Of a stretch of DNA of 64,000 nt, positions 47,101 to 59,400 are shown one piece after another. Positions within the stretch are counted from its first letter, which is position 1. Every line of letters begins with the position of its first letter. The notes beneath the pieces are model-generated. The model saw only the letters and a list, made by a program, of their open reading frames with translations. It did no database searches and was not told the DNA's origin. Both the position numbers and the translations under genes were made by a program. This stretch comes from Macrostomum lignano (taxonomy: Eukaryota), in contig NIVC01003688.1 of NCBI GenBank assembly GCA_002269645.1, positions 18,725 through 82,724 of the forward strand. Direction: 5' to 3'.

Positions 47101-50100
47101 AAAATAGATAAGGTACTTATAAAGCAGAGTTAGGGCCAGGGATAGTAAGTCAGGATTTTGTAAAATGTGACTCACATTTGAATGTCCTCCAGGTGGCCAG
47201 ACAATCTGTCTCCCCGCTGTGAAGCTGAAGAATCTGGCGTCATTTTTGATGACTGTAAACAGTTGCGCCTGAGATTGAGGCTCAGTAGGCGGTCGCCCAG
47301 GTGAAACAGGGACTCCGGCATCAGATTCAGCTGCCGATTGGACAGGTCCGCCTTGTCCACAGGCTGGCTGATAGCCTGGGGTGGGGAAGTTTTTGTTGCT
47401 AAGTAAATCGCTGAGGCTGTTAACTGTGGAGAGCTGTTTATAACCCACTGCGGTTATTCTTGAGGGCTGTTTATTACCCACTGTGGTTATTCTTGGGGGC
47501 TGTTTATTACCCACTGCGGTTATTCTTGGGGGCTGTTTATTACCCACTGCGGTTATTCTGGGGGGCTGTTTATTACCCACTGCGGTTATTCTTGGGGGCT
47601 GTTTATTACCCACTGCGGTTATTCTTGGGGGCTGTTTATCACCCACTGCGGTTATTCTGGGGGGCTGTTTATCACCCACTGCGGTTATTCTGAGGGGCTG
47701 TTTATTACCCACTGTGGTTATTCTTGGGGGCTGTTCATCACCCACTGCGGTTATTCTTGGGGGCTGTTTATTACCCACTGCGGTTATTCTGGGGGGCTGT
47801 TTATTACCCACTGCGGTTATTCTTGGGGGCTGTTTATTACCCACTGCGGTTATTCTGGGGGCTGTTTATTACCCACTGCGGTTATTCTGGGGGGCTGTTT
47901 ATTACCCACTGCGGATATTAGGGGGCTGTTTATAACCCACTGCGGTTATTCTTGGGGGCTGTTTATCACCCACTGCGGTTATTCTTGGGGGCTGTTTATC
48001 ACCCACTGCGGTTATTCTGGGGGGCTGTTTATCACCCACTGCGGTTATTCTTGGGGGCTGTTTATTACCCACTGCGGTTATTCTGAGGGGCTGTTTATCA
48101 CCCACTGCGGTTATTCTTGGGGGCTGTTTATTACCCACTGCGGTTATTCTGAGGGGCTGTTTATTACCCACTGTGGTTATTCTTGGGGGCTGTTCATCAC
48201 CCACTGCGGTTATTCTTGGGGGCTGTTTATTACCCACTGCGGTTATTCTGGGGGGCTGTTTATTACCCACTGCGGTTATTCTTGGGGGCTGTTTATTACC
48301 CACTGCGGTTATTCTGAGGGGCTGTTTATCACCCACTGCGGTTATTCTTGGGGGCTGTTTATTACCCACTGCGGTTATTCTTGGGGGCTGTTTATTACCC
48401 ACTGCGGTTATTCTGGGGGGCTGTTTATTACCCACTGCGGATATTAGGGGGCTGTTTATAACCCACTGCGGTTATTCTTGGGGGCTGTTTATCACCCACT
48501 GCGGTTATTCTTGGGGGCTGTTTATCACCCACTGCGGTTATTCTGGGGGGCTGTTTATTACCCACTGCGGTTATTCTTGGGGGCTGTTTATTACCCACTG
48601 CGGTTATTCTGGGGGGTTGTTTATTACCCACTGCGGATATTAGGGGGCTGTTTATAACCCACTGCGGTTATTCTTGGGGGCTGTTTATTACTCACTGCGG
48701 TTATTCTGGGGGGTTGTTTATTACCCACTGCGGATATTAGGGGGCTGTTTATTACCCACTGCGGTTATTCTGGGGGGTTGTTTATTACCCACTGCGGTTA
48801 TTCTGGGGGCCGTTTATTACCCACTGCGGTTATTCTTGGGGGCTGTTTATTACTCACTGCGGTTATTCTGAGGGGCTGTTTATTACCCACTGCGGTTATT
48901 CTGGGGGCTGTTTATTACCCACTGCGGCTATTCTGGGGGGCTGTTTATCACCCACTGCGGTTATTCTTGGGGGCTGTTTATCACCCACTGCGGTTATTCT
49001 TGGGGGCTGTTTATCACCCACTGCGGTTATTCTTGGGGGCTGTTTATCACCCACTGCGGTTATTCTTGGGGGCTGTTTATCACCCACTGCGGTTATTCTT
49101 GGGGGCTGTTTATCACCCACTGCGGTTATTCTTGGGGGCTGTTTATCACCCACTGCGGTTATTCTTGGGGCTGTTTATCACCCACTGTGGTTATTCTGGG
49201 GGGGGCTGTTTATTACCCACTGTGGTTATTCTTGGGGGCTGTTTATTACCCACTGTGGTTATTCTTGGGGGCTGTTTATCACCCACTGCGGTTATTCTTG
49301 GGGGCTGTTTATCACCCACTGCGGTTATTCTTGGGGGCTGTTTATCACCCACTGCGGTTATTCTTGGGGGCTGTTTATCACCCACTGCGGTTATTCTTGG
49401 GGCTGTTTATCACCCACTGTGGTTATTCTGGGGGGGGGCTGTTTATTACCCACTGTGGTTATTCTGGGGGGGGGGGCTGTTTATTACCCACTGTGGTTAT
49501 TCTTGGGGGCTGTTTATTACCCACTGTGGTTATTCTTGGGGGCTGTTTATCACCCACTGCGGTTATTCTTGGGGGCTGTTTATCACCCACTGCGGTTATT
49601 CTTGGGGGCTGTTTATCACCCACTGCGGTTATTCTTGGGGGCTGTTTATCACCCACTGCGGTTATTCTTGGGGCTGTTTATTACCCACTGTGGTTATTCT
49701 GGGGGGGCTGTTTATTACCCACTGTGGTTATTCTGGGGGGGGGGGCTGTTTATTACCCACTGCGGTTATTCTGGGGGGCTGTTTATTACCCACTGTGGTT
49801 ATTCTTGGGGGCTGTTTATCACCCACTGCGGTTATTCTTGGGGGCTGTTTATCACCCACTGCGGTTATTCTTGGGGCTGTTTATTACCCACTGTGGTTAT
49901 TCTGGGGGGGGGCTGTTTATTACCCACTGTGGTTATTCTGGGGGGGGGGCTGTTTATTACCCACTGCGGTTATTCTGGGGGGCTGTTTATTACCCACTGC
50001 GGTTATTCTGGGGGGCTGTTTATTACCCACTGCGGTTATTCTGGGGGGGGCTGTTTATTACCCACTACGGTTATTCTGGGGGGCTGTTTATTACCCACTG

Positions 50101-51499
50101 CGGCTATTCTGGGGGGGGGCTGTTTATTACCCGGTTCTCCTATCGTCTCATCTGTATATAGGCCATTAAAACTTCCTTATCGGTTGATTAAAATTTCTCG
50201 CCAATCTAAAAGTGCACTTAAAGGCTGTTAATAAAAAAAACTGAATATATTTTCCATATCGCTACGTGTATCTCAATTTACTGATGGCCCTGTAATGTCT
50301 CAAATATTTCAAAGATTAGAATGCTGAGATGCCTGAAGCCTGATAAAATTTCCAAAGTTAATTACTCAAGGCAAAATTTCACCGCTAATCCTACACAGGT
50401 CAGCGCAGGATTTTGCAGGCTTCCAAATTCGGATAATGTAATCTGATTTTATGACTGTCTTATTAGAGTTATCCAAGAAGCAGAAAACTGAAGGGCTAAG
50501 TAGTGCTGGTTATTGGCCGCCCACGCTCCATCTCCCCTATCCAACCCGCGCTACCCTTAGCAATTTAAATGCATACGCACAGAGGGACAGCTAGTTTAAT
50601 CAGGGTATAAATTATAGGCTTAAGTTGAGTCAAAGCAGACTCAAAGCCATACTCTACGGATACTCAAATCAGACTCTAAGCCAGACTCTAAGCCACACTT
50701 AAAGCAGACTCAAAGATATACTCAAAGGAAATTCAACGCAGACTCAAAGCAGACTCAAATCCAAACTCAAATCAGACTCAAAACCAGGCTCAAAGCAGAA
50801 TCAAGACAGACTAAAAGCAGACTCAAAGCACACTCAAAGCACACTCAAAGCAGAATCATTCCAAGGCAGACCAAAGCCAGACTTAAAGTAGATTCAAAGC
50901 AGACTCAAAGCAGACTCAAAGCAGTCTCAAAGCAGACTTAAAGCCAGACTTAAAGCCAGGGTCAAAGCAGAAACAAGTCAGACTGAAAGCAGACTCAAAG
51001 CAGACTTAAAGCCAGACTTAAAGCCAGGGTCAAAGCAGAATCAAGTCAGACTGAAAGCAGACTCAAAGCAGACTCAAAGCAGAATCATGTCAAGGCAGAC
51101 CAAAGCCAGACTCAAAGCAGACTCAAAGCAGAATCAAGGCAGACTCAAAGCCAGACTCAAAGCAGATTCAAAGTAGACTCAAAGCAGACTTAAAGCCAGA
51201 CTCAAAGTCAGAATCAAGGCAGACTCAAAGCAGACACCACTCCAGACTTATAAAGAAAACTCATAAAGCAGTACTCGCCAGCTCCAATCGCTGCTGCCAC
51301 TCTCTCATGCTGGCCTGATCATTGAAGGCGAGCTGGGCGCCACATGTCGATCGTGACGATCGATCTCCGCCGCAGCTGCGAACATCCAGACGGTGCGGTG
51401 GTCTCCGATGCCCGCTGCTCTTCTTGCTCGATAGTGTCTGAGTATCGACCCGGCCGCCAGGTGGAAAAATCACCAATTTAATGGCGGTGCCTTCTGTGT
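35174..51499 (-). CDS. PHLPP: PHLPP-like PH domain leucine-rich-repeat PP2C phosphatase (this copy interrupted by a 49-nt insertion at 38984-39040)
   Basis: Exons about 51499-51279 (PH end, LAFNDQASMREWQQRL), 47375-47176, 45553-45226, 44238-44118, 43252(or 43264)-42688, 41718-41425 (LRRs), 39283-38751, 38230-38040, 37263-37053, 35803-35174 (PP2C: GLFAMFDGD, VTAANAGDVEALL, VTDDGRVNG, TRMLGWSSLHPVVVPDP, LANRGLW, AAAKRLVDLAQ-SHGSSGNICVLIV). Phases are consistent given two GC donors and removal of the insertion. Confidence 0.88.
36121..36560 (+). mobile_element. tRNA-derived SINE, copy 1, interrupted by a nested insertion at about 36299-36463
   Basis: A box TAGCCTGGTAG, B box GGTTCGATTCC, core TGTCCTTGAGCAAGACGCTTAAC...CACCCAGCTGTAAAATGGG; 3' part resumes at 36464 and matches copy 2. 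Confidence 0.85.
37355..38039. repeat. 18-bp minisatellite (GGTGAACTCACTRTAGTT) filling a PHLPP intron; each unit reads GTGAGT on the coding strand
   Basis: About 37 copies; the real donor CAG|GTGAGT at 38039 is in register with the array. Confidence 0.95.
38992..39032. mobile_element. 41-bp mini-TIR element or excision footprint (13-bp TIR CAAGGACTACTTA, 8-bp TSD CGTCGAAC)
   Basis: TSD at 38984-38991 and 39033-39040; TIRs at 38992-39004 and 39020-39032; lies inside the PP2C codons for MFDG. Confidence 0.9.
39410..39697. repeat. 11-bp minisatellite (AGCAACACCAT)
   Basis: Direct inspection; same unit inverted at 59500-59672. Confidence 0.9.
40345..41400. repeat. 19-bp minisatellite (GACAGGGAATCACCGGTTA)
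   Basis: Direct inspection. Confidence 0.95.
41895..42645. repeat. About 22-bp minisatellite (TTCTAATTCCCCTCAAACACCA)
   Basis: Direct inspection. Confidence 0.9.
43300..43935. repeat. 30-bp minisatellite (CTCCAGTGACCTTGAGGAAAGCCAGTTTCT)
   Basis: Direct inspection. Confidence 0.92.
44636..45182. repeat. AATCT-based 5/15-bp degenerate repeat
   Basis: Direct inspection. Confidence 0.88.
45615..46825. repeat. 23/24-bp dimorphic minisatellite GACACTTATAGTTTGACACT(GCT|TACT)
   Basis: About 50 copies of two interspersed variants. Confidence 0.97.
47445..50130. repeat. 33-bp minisatellite (GGGGCTGTTTATTACCCACTGCGGTTATTCTTG), about 2.7 kb
   Basis: Direct inspection; source of all the VILGGCLLPT and GNKQPPRITAV ORFs. 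Confidence 0.97.
50635..51250. repeat. 11-bp minisatellite (CAAAGCAGACT)
   Basis: Direct inspection. Confidence 0.9.
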
Positions 51500-51769
51500 C
51501 TGTTTTGAATTTTGTGGTTTTAAAAGTACACACTGTACTGACAATTGCCTTTTATTTGACCTTATTTTCCGGTTTTCATATTGCACGGAGCAAAAGGACT
51601 TGTATCGATGCTATGTATCAATGATCAGTTAACAAATAGGGCTTCTATTTCTTAGAGAAAACAGCTTCCCAACTTTCAGTCTGGAGTTTCTTGAGGATTC
51701 TTTCAATCAGACTCTTAAGGCTTAGTGTGATACGCGGTTTGATTGTAACAGTTGATAAAGAGAAGGGGC

Positions 51770-51912
51770 GCTAGCTACAGAGGGGGGCAGCTACAGCTAG
51801 AGGAGGGGGGCAGCTACAGAGGGGGGCAGCTACAGAGGGGGGCAGCTACAGAGGGGGGCAGCTACAGAGGGGGGCAGCTACAGAGGGGGGCAGCTACAGA
51901 GAGGGGGCACCA
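51770..51912. repeat. 16-bp repeat AGAGGGGGGCAGCTAC
   Basis: Direct inspection. Confidence 0.85.
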
Positions 51913-52289
51913 GCAACAGAGGAGGTTAAAGGAAAAGCAGACTTAAAATATTCATTGGAAAGTCTCCAATCCAGATTATTGCAACTGAAGCTCCATGGTT
52001 AAAGCTGGAGTGCTAAGCTACTCAATTACTGCTTTGAACTGAACATAGAAAAGAATCCCTAACAAGTTTGTCTGAGCAGCTGTGAGCACTCGCCAGCCGG
52101 CAGTATGTAAGGATTCCAGGCGGCGCTGGCAGTGCGTCACAGATTGAGTAGAGGATGAGAAAGCATAGAACTGTAAAAATGCTTCTGACGACTCTGACTT
52201 AATCCGTACAACAAAACAACATAGTCATGCCTAAAGATCACTTTCCTTCACTTTCATAAGTTCAATAGCCAGCACTAAATTACTTTATA

Positions 52290-52505
52290 TCTGAGCGACG
52301 AGCTGTCCGACGTCGATTTGTTGACTGAGTTGGCAGCGTCAGTGTGACGGATCTGGTGACGCAGTGAATTTCTTGCCTGTTTTTGTGCTTGCTTTTTTAA
52401 TTAGTTCATAAATTGATCGATCGATTGATTGATCGATTGATTGATTGATTGATTGACTGACTGATTGATTGACTGACTGATTGATTGATTGATTGATTGA
52501 CTGAC

Positions 52506-52536
<31 letters not shown>

Positions 52537-52677
52537 CTGATTGATTGATTGATTGATTGATTGACTGACTGATTGATTGATTGATTGATTGACTGACTGA
52601 TTGATTGACTGACTGATTGATTGACTGACTGATTGATTGACTGACTGATTAATTGACTGACTGATTGATTGACTGAC

Positions 52678-52708
<31 letters not shown>

Positions 52709-52893
52709 CTGATTGATTGATTGATTGATTAATTGATTGATTGATTGATTGACAGACTGATTGATTGACTGACTGATTGATTGACTGATTGATTGATTGA
52801 TTGATTGACTGACTGATTGATTGACTGACTGATTGATTGACTGACTGATTGATTGACTGACTGATTAATTGACTGACTGATTGATTGACTGAC

Positions 52894-52948
<55 letters not shown>

Positions 52949-52969
52949 CTGACTGATTGATTGACTGAC

Positions 52970-53016
<47 letters not shown>

Positions 53017-53077
53017 GTGACTGATTGACTGATTGATTGATTGATTGGGTGACTGATTGATTGATTGATTGATTGGG

Positions 53078-53108
<31 letters not shown>

Positions 53109-53113
53109 CTGAC

Positions 53114-53156
<43 letters not shown>

Positions 53157-53520
53157 CGAATTTAGTGACGGATCGATTGATAGATTATTTGACAAATTGA
53201 TTGGTTGATTGACTGGTTCATTGATTTATGAATAGATTTGCTACATTGCTTAAGTATCCAACTGAGAATTGTCTTATGCACGCACTCATAACCTGACATC
53301 GCTCAGTCAGTGAAAAGCTCAGTTAAATACCTTTCCCGTGACTTACAATGACTGGCAATTCATTTCCTGTCGACGCATGCAATGCAAAATTGATTAATAA
53401 TAAAGCACTACCTGACTTGTCCATTATTCGGCTTGGGCTCGTCCCCATCTGACTCTTCCGCGATGGCCTCCGACGCGCCCAGAGACAGCAACGAGCCGCC
53501 AAAATGAGTTCCGCCGCCAT
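52290..53520 (-). CDS. Candidate 5' exons of the PHLPP-like gene
   Basis: ATG at 53520 open to a phase-0 donor ATT|GTAAGT (53347); GC-rich segment at about 52285-52377 follows acceptor AAAAACAG and is open in phase 0. No recognisable domain and the link to the PH exon is unresolved. Confidence 0.35.
52425..53157. repeat. (GATT/GACT)n tetranucleotide microsatellite
   Basis: Direct inspection. Confidence 0.97.
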
Positions 53521-54189
53521 TCATGCTTTAGAAATGGACTCAGAAACCGAAACCAGCTGTGCTCAAATCAATGGCTTCAATAGACAGTCCTTAAACTATT
53601 TTATATTGCGCACGAACTAAAAAAATAACACTATTGACAAAAATATTCAAACTTTCCTGCAGTCTCGGCGTGAGAATGACAATTGTTGTTTATAACTCTC
53701 TACTCACCCAACCCCACCCCAGCGCTCGCTTCTCTCGTCTCTCGTCGTTACCTGTGGTTTAATCTCTCATTTCTGCGTGGTTAAAAAGGTCTAGCAAAAC
53801 TTAATCACAGGCCCAACCCCAAGCCACCCGCACCACCACTTGAGCGCGAATAATTAGATGTGCTCAAAGTATATGTAAGCCTTCCAACTGAGCCTTTTGA
53901 TACATTGCACTCGGGAACAGGCAGTGTGTACTGGGATGCTGTTTTACACTGATAGAGCAATTGAGCGCTTTAGCCTCGCCATTCATCAGCTATATTCTGT
54001 TCTGGCGCTGTTTTGCTCCAACGAATGCTTACTTTATTACAGACTGCATATCTTTTCCAACCAGATATCGCTATTGTGTTTTTTGCCATTTGCCACTCAA
54101 AGCCCTGTCAGCTTTCGTGTGACGGATGGCTGCTCGTGCGCTCAGCTGCGCTGCTTCCCTTCATCACTCCGTTCTCTTCCTTGTCTGTC

Positions 54190-54445
54190 CCTCCTCTCAC
54201 CTCTTCCTATCTCTCCCGACATCTCCCTTATCCCTCTTCTCACCTCTTCCTTTCTCTCCCGACATCTCCCTTATCCCTCTTCTCACCTCTTCCTTTCTCT
54301 CCCGACATCTCCCTTATCCCTCTTCTCACCTCTTCCTATCTCTCTCGACATCTCCCTTATCCCTCTTCTCACCTCTTCCTATCTCTCCCGACATCTTCCT
54401 TATCCCTCTTCTCACCTCTTCCTATCTCCTGACATCTCCCTTATC
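54190..54445. repeat. 43-bp pyrimidine-rich tandem repeat
   Basis: CTCTTCTCACCTCTTCCTATCTCTCCCGACATCTCCCTTATCC; period 43 checked (54241, 54284). Confidence 0.9.
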
Positions 54446-55409
54446 CCTATCTCTCTCCTTATCCCTCTCTCATTATCTTTCTCCTTATGTCTCTCCTTAT
54501 TTCTCTCACTGTCTTCTTTCTCCATAATTCTTTTTCATTCTCTAATCATAACCAATAACTACTCCTTAAATTGAAACCCTGCTGCTATTTCGCAAGCCTT
54601 TGTTTTAAGTTTTTTGTTTGAACAAAATCCGCAAACAACCCTATTTAGAATAAAATATACTTTTTGTCAGATTCTTTTTCCGAAAATTTAGACTTTCATT
54701 TAATAACATGAACCTGTTTTTCTTTCGGAAGTGTTAGATTCAAAGATTTAGATTTTTAAAAAGCGACACGAATTTTATTTTGAAGCCCTTCCAAGAAAAC
54801 TAAAGCGATTGAACGATGAATGAAAGATGAGTGTTTGTCTGCAATCAATCAACCCATCACGATTCTATTCATGATGCCGTCTGTTTGATTAATGCACTTT
54901 TCCCATTCTATAATAATACCCAACTCTCCAACTCACATGACAGTCCCTGCTGCCTGAGTCAGATGAAGGTATAGACCTCGTTGAGAATGTATTTTTACTG
55001 CGAGAGGGAACACGGATTAATGGCTGGCTAAGTACCTCCTCTCCCACTGGAGAGTCTTTGTCTCTCTATCTCTGAGATCTCTGACTATAAGCGGTGCAAT
55101 TTTCCAATGAGCTAGCTCTTTCGATTACAATGGAGGGAAGGCGTGCCTGAGAGAGGGAGAGAGAGAGAGAGAGAGAGTCAGGAGGAGGTTACCGCCGTTA
55201 TTAGAGAGCAGTACCCCTCACCTACAGAGTGCTGTCTGCGTAGGCGGGCTGACGACAGGCCTTTTGTTCGATTGATAAAATGATGATGGAACCAGCTGGC
55301 TTTGTTAGTCAGGAGCTTTGCCTAATTGTTATTAAATCCGTGATCTGGCCCTGAGTGTTACGCAGGTGACATGCAACCTGTTAATATTGCAGTTTAGTCC
55401 TGGGTGTTG

Positions 55410-55950
55410 CATACTTGTCACCACTCGGATCAACCAGTGGGTGGCTTCAAAGCACAGGGAGAGGTGGGTGAACGCCCCCGACTGCCGGCAATCCCGCGCG
55501 GCTGTCCCCTGTTCTTCCTCCGCCCTGCGCAGGGCCCTGCTTGGACTCAACCGCAGAGACATCAGGGCGGTGACCATGACCCTCTCGGGTCATGGCTGTT
55601 TTGCCAGGCATCGCCACCTCCAGGGAAAAATCCGCAGTGAGGAATGCCCCATTCTGCCTCTCCGGTGTCGAGAATGCGGAGCACTTTATCTGTGAATGCC
55701 CCGCCTTTACTCAGGACAGGCTCACCTACCTTGGCCCAAACCCGGACCTCTCCGACGTTTTCAGGCCCGAGAATCTCTGCCAGCTCGTCCGCTACCAAAG
55801 GGCTCTCCGGAGGGGCACCACCGGAACTCTCTGCGCGACACCGCAGCACTAGCTGCCCGTGGTCGCCAGGGGTTAGCGAAATGGGCGGCAACGCCGCCTC
55901 GCTGTTTCCGGACGCACGGAGCCCCCGGCAGCTAAGTCAAGTAAGAGTGT
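55410..55950 (+). mobile_element. 3' fragment of an R1/LOA-like non-LTR retrotransposon (post-RT C-terminal zinc-knuckle region)
   Basis: [57 protein letters not shown] (CxxC...HxxxxC) with a 1-nt frameshift at about 55650; 5'-truncated. Confidence 0.78.
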
Positions 55951-56414
55951 TACACACTACACATCGCTAGTATCAGATTAAAATAAAATTTAATTCGGAA
56001 TTCTATTCGGGTATTGATTAGTAAGAAAAATGCAGCGCCCTTTTTTGTTTTAAATAATGCCCGATAAAATCACCGAGTTTGAGCCTCGTAATAAAATTCA
56101 CATCCGAAAAGAGCAATTTCAACAAATGCGACTTCTTTGACTGACAGATTGGCAAATAAAATGGAAATTATTTTTACATTAAGTGGGCATCGTGGGCGCT
56201 CAAAACATCTCGATTTGTTTTTCTTATCGCGTCGAAGTCAATTCGATTCTGATTGGACAACGAATCCCTGCAAAGCTCTCAACCGGTGCATTTGCCCTCC
56301 TCGCACTCCAACCCCCTCCCACTCGCTCGAGTGGGGAAGATAAGAGCCAGAGATCCCCGCCAGTCTGCTCAGACTCGCAATCCCATTCAAACTGATTTCA
56401 ATTGAAAATAGACC

Positions 56415-59400
56415 ATGATGGCAAACGTGTGCAGCAGCTCGGACCAGGCCTCCAGCCCCTTCAAGGAGCCACTGGTGACCCTCGTCGCCGATTGCCAGTG
56501 GCTCGTTGCTAATGGCAACTACAGCGAGAGACTCGGAGCCGCGCATTTCGAATCCTGGCGCGTGCTCAAGCTGCTGCAGTGCGGCCTGAGCGTCTGCGTC
56601 GGTTTCGGCGATTTAATGGCCTTCGTTGTCTACGGAGCGCTGCTCTGGCGCGGTCGGCAACGTCGACGGCGCGGAGCCGGCGTTGGCAGCGACGGCGGAG
56701 CTCGGGTGCAGCTGCTGCTGCTGGTGCTGGCGCTGCTGGAGGCCGCTCTGCAGGTGGCGCTGACGCTGAGCAGGGCGGACGCCATTCTCTCGCGGTCAGC
56801 CTTCGGTGTCGACGGCCAGCCTTGGCAGGCGGCAGCGGCAGCGGCGGCGGAGGCGGAGGCGGAGACGGAGATCGACAATGAAGGAGGAGAGGTCGGTTCG
56901 ACAGTGGAATGGCGAGCGCCGTTTCTGCAGGTAAGCAGGTTGTTTCGGGACTGTGTTGTCATTTTCTCAATGCGAATTTTGCTAATTTTTCTATTGCACC
57001 TGCCCTAGTGGCCAGATGTGCAACCGACAGCTCAGTTGCAGCTATTGCGCGGCGCATCTGAAGGCTGCGTACGGCTGTTCAGTCCAAGGACTGGGGGGTC
57101 GCCACACACACCCTCAATTACCCCAGCTAATGCTGACACCCATTTTCAGCTAAGTGAACTGAAGCAATGCAGAGAGTTAAGTGTCTTGCTCAAGGACACA
57201 ACTTGTTCTGAGTGGGTCAAGAATCGAACCCTTGACCTTCAAGTCGTAAGTCCGACGCTCTAACCACCAGGCTACAACCCCTACGTTGCTAGGTTGCAAC
57301 CTAGTGGTAGGGGTTTGCTATTGGACAAGTTATGCTTTACAAGTTGATTCCCCAAAATCTATTTTTGGTAACCAAATCTGTTCACCAATATTCAGTTTAG
57401 CCCAATTACAAGCATTTAAATTAAAAGTGCATTTAAATAGCAACTCGTGAAATAATGGAAATTCAATAGCGGGGGATACGATCTATGCTGTGAAGAAAGC
57501 ATAGATCTGTAAAAATGGACTACGGGCTAACTGGCTAAATGAAAACTGGCTAAATAATTAAAAAACCATCAAAATAATTTCGCACAAAGCAATGACTGGA
57601 CCTTTTGTCTTGGATTATTTATGAGAAATAAAATAATCCTGATTAAATTTGCTTGGCCGATTCAGAACTGACTCAACTGGCTTCTAGAACTGGCTAGAAC
57701 TGGCTTCCTAGGGCTGCAGAGACCAAAGTAGCTCTGGTTTTAATCACTACTGAGCAATAATTTTCTGGGGTAGTTATCAGCACAGGTAATTATGATCTGG
57801 GGTAGTTATAAGCACACGTAATTATAGTCTGGGGTAGTTATCAGCACAGGTAATTATAGTCTGGGGTAGTTATCAGCACAAGTAATTATGATTTGGGCTA
57901 GTTATCGGCACAGGTAATTATCGTCTGGGGTAGTTATCAGCACAGGTAATTATGACCTGGGGTAGTTATCCGCTCATGTAATTATAGTCTGGGGTAGTTA
58001 TCAGCACAAGTAATTATAGTCTGGGGTAGTTATCGGAGTAATTATGGTCTCATAGGTAATTAACTAAAGACTCAGTTATCAACACAGTTAATTATTTGTA
58101 GTCTCAAGTAGATGCCAGCATAGGTAATTATAATCTCAGATTAAACCACCAACCACTGTTCAGGTTCGCAATCTGGCACCCTACCTGGTTTGGGTGCACC
58201 TGGTCCGCCTATCAGAGCTGGCCGTGGCAGCCCTGTTTCCAGCCCGCAACATCTGGCTGATGCTGGCCGTCTGCGATCGCTGCTGCCTGCTTTGGCGCCG
58301 ATCGTCTGGCGCCCGTCTGTGCTACATCGGCGCCGCGGCTGGCGTCAACCTGGCAGCTTGGCTCGCGGCCGCGGCGGCTTGGCAACTGGCCATGGTCCGG
58401 TTCAGCCTCGTGGCCTGCGAGCAAGGACAACAGCTGGAGCTGCTCAGTCCCGCATATTGGAGCTCGGATTCTGTTGTGAACTACAGCCGAGTTGCCGTGC
58501 CCAGATCTGAGGCATTCACCCAGGTGAGCAGGAGGCTTCGTTTCGTTGCCTGAATATATAAGCGCTGAGTTGCTCTGAGTGGTTCTGAGTTGTTCTGAGT
58601 TGCTCTGAGTTGTTCTGAGTTGTTCTGAGTTGTTCCAAGTCGGTGTTAGTTTTAGATTAGTTAGCTTGTAAAGGCTGTGTGCAGCCTGGCGCACTTTAAG
58701 CGACATTGTCACACAACCGGTGAGAGACATTACTGCCCATTCCGCCGACTCCCCTGAGCAAGGCACACAAGCGCGCGGATACGTACGCAGTCACACGCAC
58801 AGGCACACACTCACACAGGAGTGTACAGCGGCCCTAACTTTATTTATCGTTAGGCATGTACACTTCACTGTGCCTTGGGGTTGGTTCTCAAGGCCGTTAA
58901 TTGCACGAGCAGAGCCAAGCCGAGATTCCAATTCAGCCCCAAATTAATGCGACTGCACTTGGAATCGAGCCTGGGCCGCAGGCACTGTTGGTGAATTGTT
59001 CTGAGTCCGAATCCTGATCTGATCCGTGATCTGTAGGAGTCGAAAAAAAATCGATTCGCTGTTTTGTTTGCGTTTTTGACTCTCCAACTGCAGGGTTGGT
59101 GCTGACAGAAAATCGCTGTTCATCATTCGTTTCTGAATCTTTGCCAATGCCTCTAATTAGTATAGATCTTTGAAGCTTGTATGGGTGATAATCGAAGGTT
59201 GTTTCTTTTTTACTTAAGCTTGCATTGTACCGACAATAGTCAAATAAATAGGCCTGCTCTCTTCATTGCTAGCTCCCATGCCATCCGAAGGATTTGGGAA
59301 GGGTTTGAGCAGGGTTAGCAGGTTTCTGTTTTCATAAGACAGTCGTGAGCCTAAGCGCCAAAAATGAATTAAATGGATTTGAAGTGCAGGAGAGATTGAC

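Noticed and set aside
47083-50231. Many long ORFs (up to 463 aa) with repeated VILGGCLLPT or GNKQPPRITAV
   Set aside because: 33-bp intronic minisatellite on both strands; no coding signal.
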